A stretch of 64,000 nucleotides of DNA from assembly GCA_964016885.1 (NCBI GenBank), contig OZ024741.1, forward strand, positions 256,556,001-256,620,000. The letters are read 5' to 3'. Under the pieces are notes generated by a model. That model worked only from the letters and a program-made list of their open reading frames with translations. It ran no database searches and was not told the origin of the DNA. The translations under genes and the position numbers were made by a program. Below are positions 24,901-36,559 of this stretch, one piece after another. The DNA comes from Eledone cirrhosa. Taxonomy: Eukaryota. Positions within the stretch are counted from its first letter, which is position 1. Each line of letters opens with the position of its first letter.

Positions 24901-27900
24901 TGTTGTTGCTGCTTTCTCTGTCAGTGCCATTGTTGTTGTAGTTGTTGCTGTTTTCTGTGTCAGTGCCAGTGTTGTTGTTGTTGCTGTTTTCTCTGTCAGT
25001 GCCAGTGTTGTTGTAGTTGTTGCTGTTTTCTGTGTCAGTGCCACTGCTGTTGTTGCTGTTTTCTGTGTCAGTGCCAGTGTTGTTGTTGCTGTTTTCTGTG
25101 TCAGTGCCAGTGTTGTTGTTGTTGCTGTTTTCTCTGTCAGTGCCAGTGTTGTTGCTGTTGCTATTTTCACCGTCAGTGCCAGTGTTGTTGTTGTTGCTGT
25201 TTTCTGTGTCAGTGCCAGTGTTGTTGTTGTTGCTGTTTTCTTTGTCAGTGCCAGCGTTGTTGATGTTACTGTTGCTGTTTTCTGTGTCAGTTCCAGTGTT
25301 GCTGTTGCTGTTTTCTGTGCCAGTGCCAGTGTTATTGTTGCTGTTGTTGCTGTTTTCTGTGTCAGTGCCACGGTTGTTGTTGCTGTTGTTGCTGTTTTCT
25401 GTGTCAGTGCCAGTGTTGTTGTTGCTGTTTTCTGTGTCAGTGCCAGTGTTGTTGTTGCTGTTGTTGCTGTTTTCCGTGCCAGTGTTGTTGTAGTTGTTGC
25501 TGTTTTCTGTGTCAATGCCAGTGTTGTTGTTGTTGCTGTTTTCTCTGTCAGTGCCACTGTTGTAGTTGTTGCTGTTTTCTCTGTCAGTGCCAGTGTTGTT
25601 GTAGTTGTTGCTGTTTTCTGTGTCAGTGCCAGTGTTGTTGCTGTTGTTGCTGTTTTCTGTGTCAGTGCCAGTGTTGTTGTTGTTGCTGTTTTCTCTGTCA
25701 GTGCCAGTGTTTTTGTTGTTGCTGTTTTCTGTGTCAGTGCCAGTGTTGTTCTAGTTGTTGCTGTTTTCTGTGTCAGTGCCAGTGTTGTTGTAGTTGTTGC
25801 TGTTTTCTCTGTCAGTGCCAGTGTTGTTGTAGTTGTTGCTGTTTTCTCTGTCAGTGCCAGTGTTGTTGTAGTTGTTGCTGTTTTTGTGTCAGTGCCAGTG
25901 TTGTTGTTGTTGCTGTTTTCTCTGTCAGTGCCAGTGTTGTTGTAGTTATTGCTGTTTTCTGTGTCAGTGCCACTGTTGTTGTTGCTGTTTTCTGTGTCAG
26001 TGCCAGTATTGTTGTTGTTGCTGTTTTCTCTGTCAGTGCCAGTGTTGTTGTTGCTGTTGTTGCTGTTGCTGTTTTCTCTGTCAGTGCCAGTGTTGTAGTT
26101 GTTGCTGTTTTCTGTGTCAGTGCCAGTGTTGTTGTTGTTGCTGTTTTCTCGGTCAGTGCCAGTGTTGTTGTAGTTGTTGCTGTTTTCTCTGTCAGTGCCA
26201 GTGTTGTTGTAGTTGTTGCTGTTTTCTGTGTCAGTGCCAGTGTTGTTGCTGTTTTCTCTGTCAGTGCCAGTGTTGTTGTAGTTGTTGCTGTTTTCTGTGT
26301 CAGTGCCAGTGTTGTTGTAGTTGTTGCTGTTTTCTCTGTCAGTGCCAGTGTTGTTGTAGTTGTTGCTCTTTTCTGTGTCAGTGCCAGTGTTGTTGTAGTT
26401 GTTGCTGTTTTCTGTGTCAATGCCAGTGTTGTTGTTGTTGCTGTTTTCTCTGTCAGTGCCAGTGTTGTAGTTGTTGCTGTTTTCTCTGTCAGTGCCAGTG
26501 TTGTTGTAGTTGTTGCTCTTTTCTGTGTCAGTGCCAGTGTTGTTGCTGTTGTTGCTATTTTCTGTGTCAGTGCCAGTGTTGTTGTTGTTGCTGTTTTCTC
26601 TGTCAGTGCCAGTGTTTTTGTTGTTGCTGTTTTCTGTGTCAGTGCCAGTGTTGTTCTAGTTGTTGCTGTTTTCTGTGTCAGTGCCAGTGTTGTTGTAGTT
26701 GTTGATGTTTTCTCTGTCAGTGCCTGTGTTGTTGTAGTTGTTGCTGTTTTCTCTGTCAGTGCCAGTGTTGTTGTAGTTGTTGCTGTTTTCTGTGTCAGTG
26801 CCAGTGTTGTTGTTGTTGCTGTTTTCTCTGTCAGTGCCAGTGTTGTTGTAGTTATTGCTGTTGTCTGTGTCAGTGCCACTGTTGTTGTTGCTGTTTTCTG
26901 TGTCAGTGCCAGTGTTGTTGTTGTTGCTGTTTTCTCTGTCAGTGCCAGTGTTGTTGTTGCTGTTTTCTCTGTCAGTGCCAGTGTTGTTGTTGCTGTTTTC
27001 TGTGTCAGTGCCATTGTTATTGCTGTTGTTGCTGTTTTCTCTGTCAGTGCCAGTGTTGTTGTTGCTGTTGTTGCTGTTGCTGTTTTCTCTGTCAGTGCCA
27101 GTGTTGTTGTAGTTGTTGCTGTTTTCTCTGTCAGTGCCAGTGTTGTAGTTGTTGCTGTTTTCTGTGTCAGTGCCAGCGTTGTTGTTGTTGCTGTTTTCTC
27201 TGTCAGTGCCAGTGTTGTTGTAGTTGTTGCTGTTTTCTCTGTCAGTGCCAGTGTTGTTGTAGTTGTTGCTGTTTTCTGTGTCAGTGCCAGTGTTGTTGTT
27301 GTTGCTGTTTTCTCTGTCAGTGCCAGTGTTGTTGTAGTTGTTGCTGTTTTCTGTGTCAGTGCCAGTGTTGTTGTAGTTGTTGCCGTTTTCTCTGTCAGTG
27401 CCAGTGTTGTTGTAGTTGTTGCAGTTTTCTGTGTCAGTGCCAGTGTTGTTGTTGCTGTTTTCTCTGTCAGTGCCAGTGTTGTTGTAGTTGTTGCTGTTTT
27501 CTCTGTCAGTGCCAGTTTTGTTGTAGTTTTTGCTGTTTTCTGTGTCAGTGCCAGTGTTGTTGTAGTTGTTGCTGTTTTCTTTGTCAGTGGCAGTGTTGTT
27601 GTTGTTGCTGTTTTCTCTGTCAGTGCCAGTGTTGTAGTTGTTGCTGTTTTCTCTGTCAGTGCCAGTGTTGTTGTTGTTGTTGCTGTTTTCTCTGTCAGTG
27701 CCAGTGTTGTTGTTGTTGCTATTTTCACTGTCAGTGCCAGTGTTGTTGTTGTTGCTATTTTCACTGTCAGTGCCAGTGTTGTTGTTGTTACTGTTGCTGT
27801 TTTCTGTGTCAGTGCCAGTGTTGTTGTTGTTACTGTTGCTGTTTCCTGTGCCACTGCCAGTGTTATTGTTGCTGTTGTTGCTGTTTTGTCTGTCAGTGCC

Positions 27901-30900
27901 AGTGTTGTAGTTGTTGCTGTTTTCTGTGTCAGTGCCAGTGTTGTTGTAGTTGTTGCTGTTTTCTGTGTCAGTGCCAGTGTTGTTGTTGTTCCTGTTTTCT
28001 GTGTCAGTGCCAGTGTTGTTGTTGTTGCTGTTTTCTCTGTCAGTGCCAGTGTTGTTGTTGTTGCTATTTTCACTGTCAGTGCCAGTGTTGTTGCTGTTGC
28101 TGTTTTCTCTGTCAGTGCCAGTGATGTTGTAGTTGTTGCTGTTTTCTGTGTTAGTGCCAGTGTTGTTGTAGTTGTTGCTGTTTTCTGTGTCAGTGCCAGT
28201 GTTGTTGTTGTTGCTGTTTTCTCTGTCAGTGCCAGTGTTGTTGTAGTTGTTGCTGTTTTCTCTGTCAGTGCCAGTGTTGTTGTAGTTGTTGCTGTTTTTT
28301 GTGTCAGTGCCAGTGTTGTTGTAGTTGTTGCTGTTTTCTCTGTCAATGCCAGTGTTGTTGTTGTTGTTGCTGTTTTCTCTGTCAGTGCCAGTGTTGTAGT
28401 TGTTGCTGTTTTCTCTGTCAGTGCCAGTGTTGTTGTAGTTGTTGCTGTTTTCTGTGTCAGTGCCAGTGTTGTTGTTGTTGCTGTTTTCTGTGTCAGTGCC
28501 AGTGTTGTTGTTGTTGCTATTTTCACTGTCAGTGCCAGTGTTGTTGCTGTTGCTGTTTTCTCTGTCAGTGCCAGTGATGTTGTAGTTGTTGCTGTTTTCT
28601 GTGTTAGTGCCAGTGTTGTTGTAGTTGTTGCTGTTTTCTGTGTCAGTGCCAGTGTTGTTGCTGTTGCTGTTTTCTCTGTCAGTGCCAGTGTTGTAGTTGT
28701 TGCTGCTTTCTCTGTCAGTGCCAGTGTTGTTGTAGTTGTTTCTGTTTTCTGCGTCAGTGCCAGTGTTGTTGTTGTTGCTGTTTTCTCTGTCAGTGCCAGT
28801 GTTGTTGTAGTTGTTGCTGTTTTCTGTGTCAGTGCCACTGTTGTTGTTGCTGTTTTCTGTGTCTGTGCCAGTGTTGTTGTTGTTGCTGTTTTCTCTGTCA
28901 GTGCCAGTGTTGTTGTTGCTGTTTTCTCTGTCAGTGCCAGTGTTGTTGTTGTTGCTGTTTTCTGTGTCACTGCGAGTGTTGTTGTAGTTGTTGCTGTTTT
29001 CTCTGTCAGTGCCAGTGTTGTTGTAGTTGTTGCTGTTTTCTCTGTCAGTGCCAGTGTTGTTGTAATTGTTGCTGTTTTCTGTGTCAGTGCCAGTGTTGTT
29101 GCTGTTGTTGCTGTTTTCTGTGTCAGTGCCAGTGTTGTTGTTGTTGCTGTTTTCTGTGTCAGTGCCAGTGTTGTTGTTGCTATTTTCACTGTCAGTGCCA
29201 GTGTTGTTGTAGTTGTTGCTGTTTTCTGTGTCAGTGCCAGTGTTGTTGTTGTTGCTGTTTTCTCTGTCAGTGCCAGTGTTGTTGTAGCTGTTGCTGTTTT
29301 CTGTGTCAGTGCCAGTGTTGTTGTAGTTGTTGCTGTTTACTGTGTCAGTGCCAGTGTTGTTGTAGTTGTTGCTGTTTTCTCTGTCAGTGCCAGTGTTGTT
29401 GTAGTTGTTGCTGTTTTCTCTGTCAGTGCCAGTGTTGTTGTAGTTGTTGCTGTTTTCTCTGTCAGTGCCAGTGTTGTTGTTGTTGCTGTTTTCTCTGTCA
29501 GTGCCAGTGTTGTTGTAGTTGTTGCTGTTTTCTCTGTCAGTGCCAGTGTTGTTGCTGTTGTTGCTGTTTTTTGTGTCAGTGCCAGTGTTGTTGTAGTTGT
29601 TGCTGTTTTCTCTGTCAGTGCCAGTGTTGTTGTTGTTGTTGCTGTTTTCTCTGTCAGTGCCAGTGTTGTAGTTGTTGCTGTTTTCTCTGTCAGTGCCAGT
29701 GTTGTTGTAGTTGTTGCTGTTTTCTGTGTCAGTGCCAGTGTTGTTGTTGTTGCTGTTTTCTGTGTCAGTGCCAGTGTTGTTGTTGTTGCTATTTTCACTG
29801 TCAGTGCCAGTGTTGTTGCTGTTGCTGTTTTCTCTGTCAGTGCCAGTGATGTTGTAGTTGTTGCTGTTTTCTGTGTTAGTGCCAGTGTTGTTGTAGTTGT
29901 TGCTGTTTTCTGTGTCAGTGCCAGTGTTGTTGCTGTTGCTGTTTTCTCTGTCATTGCCAGTGTTGTTGTTGTTGTTGCTGCTTTCTCTGTCAGTGCCATT
30001 GTTGTTGTAGTTGTTGCTGTTTTCTGTGTCAGTGCCAGTGTTGTTGTTGTTGCTGTTTTCTCTGTCAGTGCCAGTGTTGTTGTAGTTGTAGTTGTTGCTG
30101 TTTTCTGTGTCAGTGCCACTGCTGTTGTTGCTGTTTTCTGTGTCAGTGCCAGTGTTGTTGTTGCTGTTTTCTGTGTCAGTGCCAGTGTTGTTGTTGTTGC
30201 TGTTTTCTCTGTCAGTGCCAGTGTTGTTGCTGTTGCTATTTTCACCGTCAGTGCCAGTGTTGTTGTTGTTGCTGTTTTCTGTGTCAGTGCCAGTGTTGTT
30301 GTTGTTGCTGTTTTCTTTGTCAGTGCCAGCGTTGTTGTTGTTACTGTTGCTGTTTTCTGTGTCAGTTCCAGTGTTGCTGTTGCTGTTTTCTGTGCCAGTG
30401 CCAGTGTTATTGTTGCTGTTGTTGCTGTTTTCTGTGTCAGTGCCACGGTTGTTGTTGCTGTTGTTGCTGTTTTCTGTGTCAGTGCCAGTGTTGTTGTTGC
30501 TGTTTTCTGTGTCAGTGCCAGTGTTGTTGTTGCTGTTGTTGCTGTTTTCCGTGCCAGTGTTGTTGTAGTTGTTGCTGTTTTCTGTGTCAATGCCAGTGTT
30601 GTTGTTGTTGCTGTTTTCTCTGTCAGTGCCACTGTTGTAGTTGTTGCTGTTTTCTCTGTCAGTGCCAGTGTTGTTGTAGTTGTTGCTGTTTTCTGTGTCA
30701 GTGCCAGTGTTGTTGCTGTTGTTGCTGTTTTCTGTGTCAGTGCCAGTGTTGTTGTTGTTGCTGTTTTCTCTGTCAGTGCCAGTGTTTTTGTTGTTGCTGT
30801 TTTCTGTGTCAGTGCCAGTGTTGTTCTAGTTGTTGCTGTTTTCTGTGTCAGTGCCAGTGTTGTTGTAGTTGTTGCTGTTTTCTCTGTCAGTGCCAGTGTT

Positions 30901-33900
30901 GTTGTAGTTGTTGCTGTTTTCTCTGTCAGTGCCAGTGTTGTTGTAGTTGTTGCTGTTTTTGTGTCAGTGCCAGTGTTGTTGTTGTTGCTGTTTTCTCTGT
31001 CAGTGCCAGTGTTGTTGTAGTTATTGCTGTTTTCTGTGTCAGTGCCACTGTTGTTGTTGCTGTTTTCTGTGTCAGTGCCAGTATTGTTGTTGTTGCTGTT
31101 TTCTCTGTCAGTGCCAGTGTTGTTGTTGCTGTTGTTGCTGTTGCTGTTTTCTCTGTCAGTGCCAGTGTTGTTGTAGTTGTTGCTGTTTTCTCTGTCAGTG
31201 CCAGTGTTGTAGTTGTTGCTGTTTTCTGTGTCAGTGCCAGTGTTGTTGTTGTTGCTGTTTTCTCGGTCAGTGCCAGTGTTGTTGTAGTTGTTGCTGTTTT
31301 CTCTGTCAGTGCCAGTGTTGTTGTAGTTGTTGCTGTTTTCTGTGTCAGTGCCAGTGTTGTTGCTGTTTTCTCTGTCAGTGCCAGTGTTGTTGTAGTTGTT
31401 GCTGTTTTCTGTGTCAGTGCCAGTGTTGTTGTAGTTGTTGCCGTTTTCTCTGTCAGTGCCAGTGTTGTTGTAGTTGTTGCTGTTTTCTGTGTCAGTGCCA
31501 GTGTTGTTGTTGCTGTTTTCTCTGTCAGTGCCAGTGTTGTTGCTGTTGCTATTTTCACTGTCAGTGCCAGTGTTGTTGTTGTTGCTGTTTTCTGTGTCAG
31601 TGCCAGTGTTGTTGTAGTTGTTGCTGTTTTCTTTGTCAGTGGCAGTGTTGTTGTTGTTGCTGTTTTCTCTGTCAGTGCCAGTGTTGTAGTTGTTGCTGTT
31701 TTCTCTGTCAGTGCCAGTGTTGTTGTTGTTGTTGCTGTTTTCTCTGTCAGTGCCAGTGTTGTTGTTGTTGCTATTTTCACTGTCAGTGCCAGTGTTGTTG
31801 TTGCTATTTTCACTGTCAGTGCCAGTGTTGTTGTTGTTACTGTTGCTGTTTTCTGTGTCAGTGCCAGTGTTGTTGTTGTTACTGTTGCTGTTTCCTGTGC
31901 CACTGCCAGTGTTATTGTTGCTGTTGTTGCTATTTTGTCTGTCAGTGCCAGTGTTGTAGTTGTTGCTGTTTTCTCTGTCAGTGTCAGTGTTGTTGTAGTT
32001 GTTGCTGTTTTCTGTGTCAGTGCCAGTGTTGTTGTTGTTGCTGTTTTCTGTGTCAGTGCCAGTGTTGTTGTTGTTGCTATTTTCACTGTCAGTGCCAGTG
32101 TTGTTGCTGTTGCTGTTTTCTCTGTCAGTGCCAGTGATGTTGTAGTTGTTGCTGTTTTCTGTGTTAGTGCCAGTGTTGTTGTAGTTGTTGCTGTTTTCTG
32201 TGTCAGTGCCAGTGTTGTTGCTGTTGCTGTTTTCTCTGTCAGTGCCAGTGTTGTTGTAGTTGTTGCTGTTTTCTCTGTCAGTGCCAGTGTTGTTGTAGTT
32301 GTTGCTGTTTTCTGTGTCAGTGCCAGTGTTGTTGTAGTTGTTGCCGTTTTCTCTGTCAGTGCCAGTGTTGTTGTAGTTGTTGCTGTTTTCTGTGTCAGTG
32401 CCAGTGTTGTTGTTGCTGTTTTCTCTGTCAGTGCCAGTGTTGTTGCTGTTGCTATTTTCACTGTCAGTGCCAGTGTTGTTGTTGTTGCTGTTTTCTGTGT
32501 CAGTGCCAGTGTTGTTGTAGTTGTTGCTGTTTTCTTTGTCAGTGGCAGTGTTGTTGTTGTTGCTGTTTTCTCTGTCAGTGCCAGTGTTGTAGGTGTTGCT
32601 GTTTTCTCTGTCAGTGCCAGTGTTGTTGTTGTTGTTGCTGTTTTCTCTGTCAGTGCCAGTGTTGTTGTTGTTGCTATTTTCACTATCAGTGCCAGTGTTG
32701 TTGTTGTTGCTATTTTCACTGTCAGTGCCAGTGTTGTTGTTGTTACTGTTGCTGTTTTCTGTGTCAGTGCCAGTGTTGTTGTTGTTACTGTTGCTGTTTT
32801 CTGTGCCACTGCCAGTGTTATTGTTGCTGTTGTTGCTATTTTGTCTGTCAGTGCCAGTGTTGTAGTTGTTGCTGTTTTCTCTGTCAGTGCCAGTGTTGTT
32901 GTAGTTGTTGCTGTTTTCTCTGTCAGTGCCAGTGTTGTTGTTGTTGCTGTTTTCTGTGTCAGTGCCAGTGTTGTTGTAGTTGTTGCTGTTTTCTCTGTCA
33001 GTGCCAGTGTTGTTGTTGTTGTTGCTGTTTTCTGTGTCAGTGCCAGTGTTGTTGCTGTTGCTGTTTTCTCTGTCAGTGCCAGTGTTGTTGTAGTTGTCGC
33101 TGCTTTCTCTGTCAGTGCCAGTGTTGTTGTAGTTGTTGCTGTTTTCTGTGTCAGTGACAGTGTTGTTGTTGTTGCTGTTTTCTCTGTCAATGCCAGTGTT
33201 GTTGTAGTTGTTGCTGTTTTCTGTGTCAGTGCCACTGTTGTTGTTGCTGTTTTCTGTGTCAGTGCCAGTGTTGTTGCTGTTGTTGTTTTCTCTGTCAGTG
33301 CCAGTGTTGTTGTAGTTGTCGCTGCTTTCTCTGTCAGTGCCAGTGTTGTTGTTGTTGTTGCTGTTTTCTGTGTCAGTGCCAGTGTTGTTGCTGTTGCTGT
33401 TTTCTCTGTCAGTGCCAGTGTTGTTGTAGTTGTCGCTGCTTTCTCTGTCAGTGCCAGTGTTGTTGTAGTTATTGCTGTTTTCTGTGTCAGTGACAGTGTT
33501 GTTGTTGTTGCTGTTTTCTCTGTCAATGCCAGTGTTGTTGTAGTTGTTGCTGTTTTCTGTGTCAGTGCCACTGTTGTTGTTGCTGTTTTCTGTGTCAGTG
33601 CCAGTGTTGTTGTTGTTGCTGTTTTCTCTGTCAGTGCCAGTGTTGTTGTTGCTGTTTTCTCTGTCAGTGCCAGTGTTGTTGTTGTTGCTGTTTTCTGTGT
33701 CAGTGCCATTGTTATTGCTGTTGTTGGTGTTTTCTGTGTCAGTGCCAGTGTTGTTGTTGCTGTTGTTGCTGTTTTCTGTGTCAGTGCCAGTGTTGTTGCT
33801 GTTGCTGTTTTCTCTGTCAGTGCCAGTGTTGTTGTAGTTGTTGCTGTTTTCTCTGTCAGTGCCAGTGTTGTAGTTGTTGCTGTTTTCTGTGTCAGTGCCA

Positions 33901-36559
33901 GTGTTGTTGTTGTTGCTATTTTCACTGTCAGTGCCAGTGTTGTTGTTGTTGCTGTTTTCTGTGTCAGTGCCAGTGTTGTTGTTGTTGCTATTTTCACTGT
34001 CAGTGCCAGTGTTTTTGTTGTTGCTGTTTTCTCTGTCAGTGCCAGTGTTGTTGTAGTTGTTGCTGTTTTCTCTGTCAGTGCCAGTGTTGTTGTAATTGTT
34101 GCTGTTTTCTGTGTCAGTGCCACTGTTGTTGCTGTTGTTGCTGTTTTCTGTGTCAGTGCCAGTGTTGTTGCTGTTGTTGCTGTTTTCTGTGTCAGTGCCA
34201 GTGTTGTTGTTGTTGCTGTTTTCTGTGTCAGTGCCAGTGTTGTTGTTGCTATTTTCACTGTCAGTGCCAGTGTTGTTGTAGTTGTTGCTGTTTTCTGTGT
34301 CAGTGCCAGTGTTGTTGTTGTTGCTGTTTTCTCTGTCAGTGCCGGTGTTGTTGTAGCTGTTGCTGTTTTCTGTGTCAGTGCCTGTGCTGTTGTAGTTGTT
34401 GCTGTTTTCTCTGTCAGTGCCAGTGTTGTTGTAGTTGTTGCTGTTTTCTCTGTCAGTGCCAGTGTTGTTGTAGTTGTTGCTGTTTTCTGTGTCAGTGCCA
34501 GTGTTGTTGTTGTTGCTGTTTTCTCTGTCAGTGCCAGTGTTGTTGTAGTTGTAGTTGTTGCTGTTTTCTCTGTCAGTGCCAGTGTTGTTGTAGTTGTTGC
34601 TTTTTTTTGTGTCAGTGCCAGTGTTGTTGTAGTTGTTGCTGTTTTCTCTGTCAGTGCCAGTGTTGTTGTAGTTGTTGCTGTTTTCTGTGTCAGTGCCAGT
34701 GTTGTTGTTGTTGCTGTTTTCTGTGTCAGTGCCAGTGTTGTTGTTGTTGCTATTTTCACTGTCAGTGCCAGTGTTGTTGCTGTTGCTGTTTTCTCTGTCA
34801 GTGCCAGTGATGTTGTAGTTGTTGCTGTTTTCTGTGTTAGTGCCAGTGTTGTTGTAGTTGTTGCTGTTTTCTGTGTCAGTGCCAGTGTTGTTGCTGTTGC
34901 TGTTTTCTCTGTCAGTGCCAGTGTTGTTGTAGTTGTTGCTGCTTTCTCTGTCAGTGCCAGTGTTGTTGTAGTTGTTTCTGTTTTCTGTGTCAGTGCCAGT
35001 GTTGTTGTTGTTGCTGTTTTCTCTGTCAGTGCCAGTGTTGTTGTAGTTGTTGCTGTTTTCTGTGTCAGTGCCACTGTTGTTGTTGCTGTTTTCTGTGTCT
35101 GCGCCAGTGTTGTTGTTGTTGCTGTTTTCTCTGTCAGTGCCAGTGTTGTTGTTGCTGTTTTCTCTGTCAGTGCCAGTGTTGTTGTTGTTGCTGTTTTCTG
35201 TGTCAGTGCCAGTGTTGTTGTAGTTGTTTCTGTTTTCTGTGTCAGTGCCAGTGTTGTTGTAGTTGTTGCTGTTTTCTCTGTCAGTGCCAGTGTTGTTGTA
35301 GTTGTTGCTGTTTTCTCTGTCAGTGCCAGTGTTGTTGTAGTTGTTGCTGTTTTCTGTGTCAGTGCCAGTGTTTTTGTTGTTGCTGTTTTCTCTGTCAGTG
35401 CCAGTGTTGTTGTAGTTGTTGCTGTTTTCTCTGTCAGTGCCAGTGTTGTTGTAATTGTTGCTGTTTTCTGTGTCAGTGCCAGTGTTGTTGCTGTTGTTGC
35501 TGTTTTCTGTGTCAGTGCCAGTGTTGTTGTTGCTGTTTCTGTGTCAGTGCCAGTGTTGTTGTTGCTATTTTCACTGTCAGTGCCAGTGTTGTTGTAGTTG
35601 TTGCTGTTTTCTGTGTCAGTGCCAGTGTTGTTGTTGTTGCTGTGTTCTCTGTCAGTGCCAGTGTTGTTGTAGCTGTTGCTGTTTTCTGTGTCAGTGCCAG
35701 TGTTGTTGTAGTTGTTGCTGTTTACTGTGTCAGTGCCAGTGTTGTTGTAGTTGTTGCTGTTTTCTGTGTCAGTGCCAGTGTTTTTGTTGTTGCTGTTTTC
35801 TCTGTCAGTGCCAGTGTTGTTGTAGTTGTTGCTGTTTTCTCTGTCAGTGCCAGTGTTGTTGTAGTTGTTGCTGTTTTTTGTGTCAGTGCCAGTGTTGTTG
35901 TAGTTGTTGCTGTTTTCTCTGTCAGTGCCAGTGTTGTTGTTGTTGTTGCTGTTTTCACTGTCAGTGCCAGTGTTGTAGTTGTTGCTGTTTTCTGTGTCAG
36001 TGCCAGTGTTGTTGTTGTTGCTGTTTTCTGTGTCAGTGCCAGTGTTGTTGTTGTTGCTATTTTCACTGTCAGTGCCAGTGTTGTTGCTGTTGCTGTTTTC
36101 TCTGTCAGTGCCAGTGATGTTGTAGTTGTTGCTGTTTTCTGTGTTAGTGCCAGTGTTGTTGTAGTTGTTGCTGTTTTCTGTGTCAGTGCCAGTGTTGTTG
36201 CTGTTGCTGTTTTCTCTGTCAGTGCCAGTGTTGTTGTAGTTGTTGCTGCTTTCTCTGTCAGTGCCAGTGTTGTTGTAGTTGTTGCTGTTTTCTGTGTCAG
36301 TGCCAGTGTTGTTGTTGTTGCTGTTTTCTCTGTCAGTGCCAGTGTTGTTGTAGTTGTAGTTGTTGCTGTTTTCTCTGTCAGTGCCAGTGTTGTTGTAGTT
36401 GTTGCTTTTTTTTGTGTCAGTGCCAGTGTTGTTGTAGTTGTTGCTGTTTTCTCTGTCAGTGCCAGTGTTGTTGTAGTTGTTGCTGTTTTCTGTGTCAGTG
36501 CCAGTGTTGTTGTTGTTGCTGTTTTCTGTGTCAGTGCCAGTGTTGTTGTTGCTATTTTC

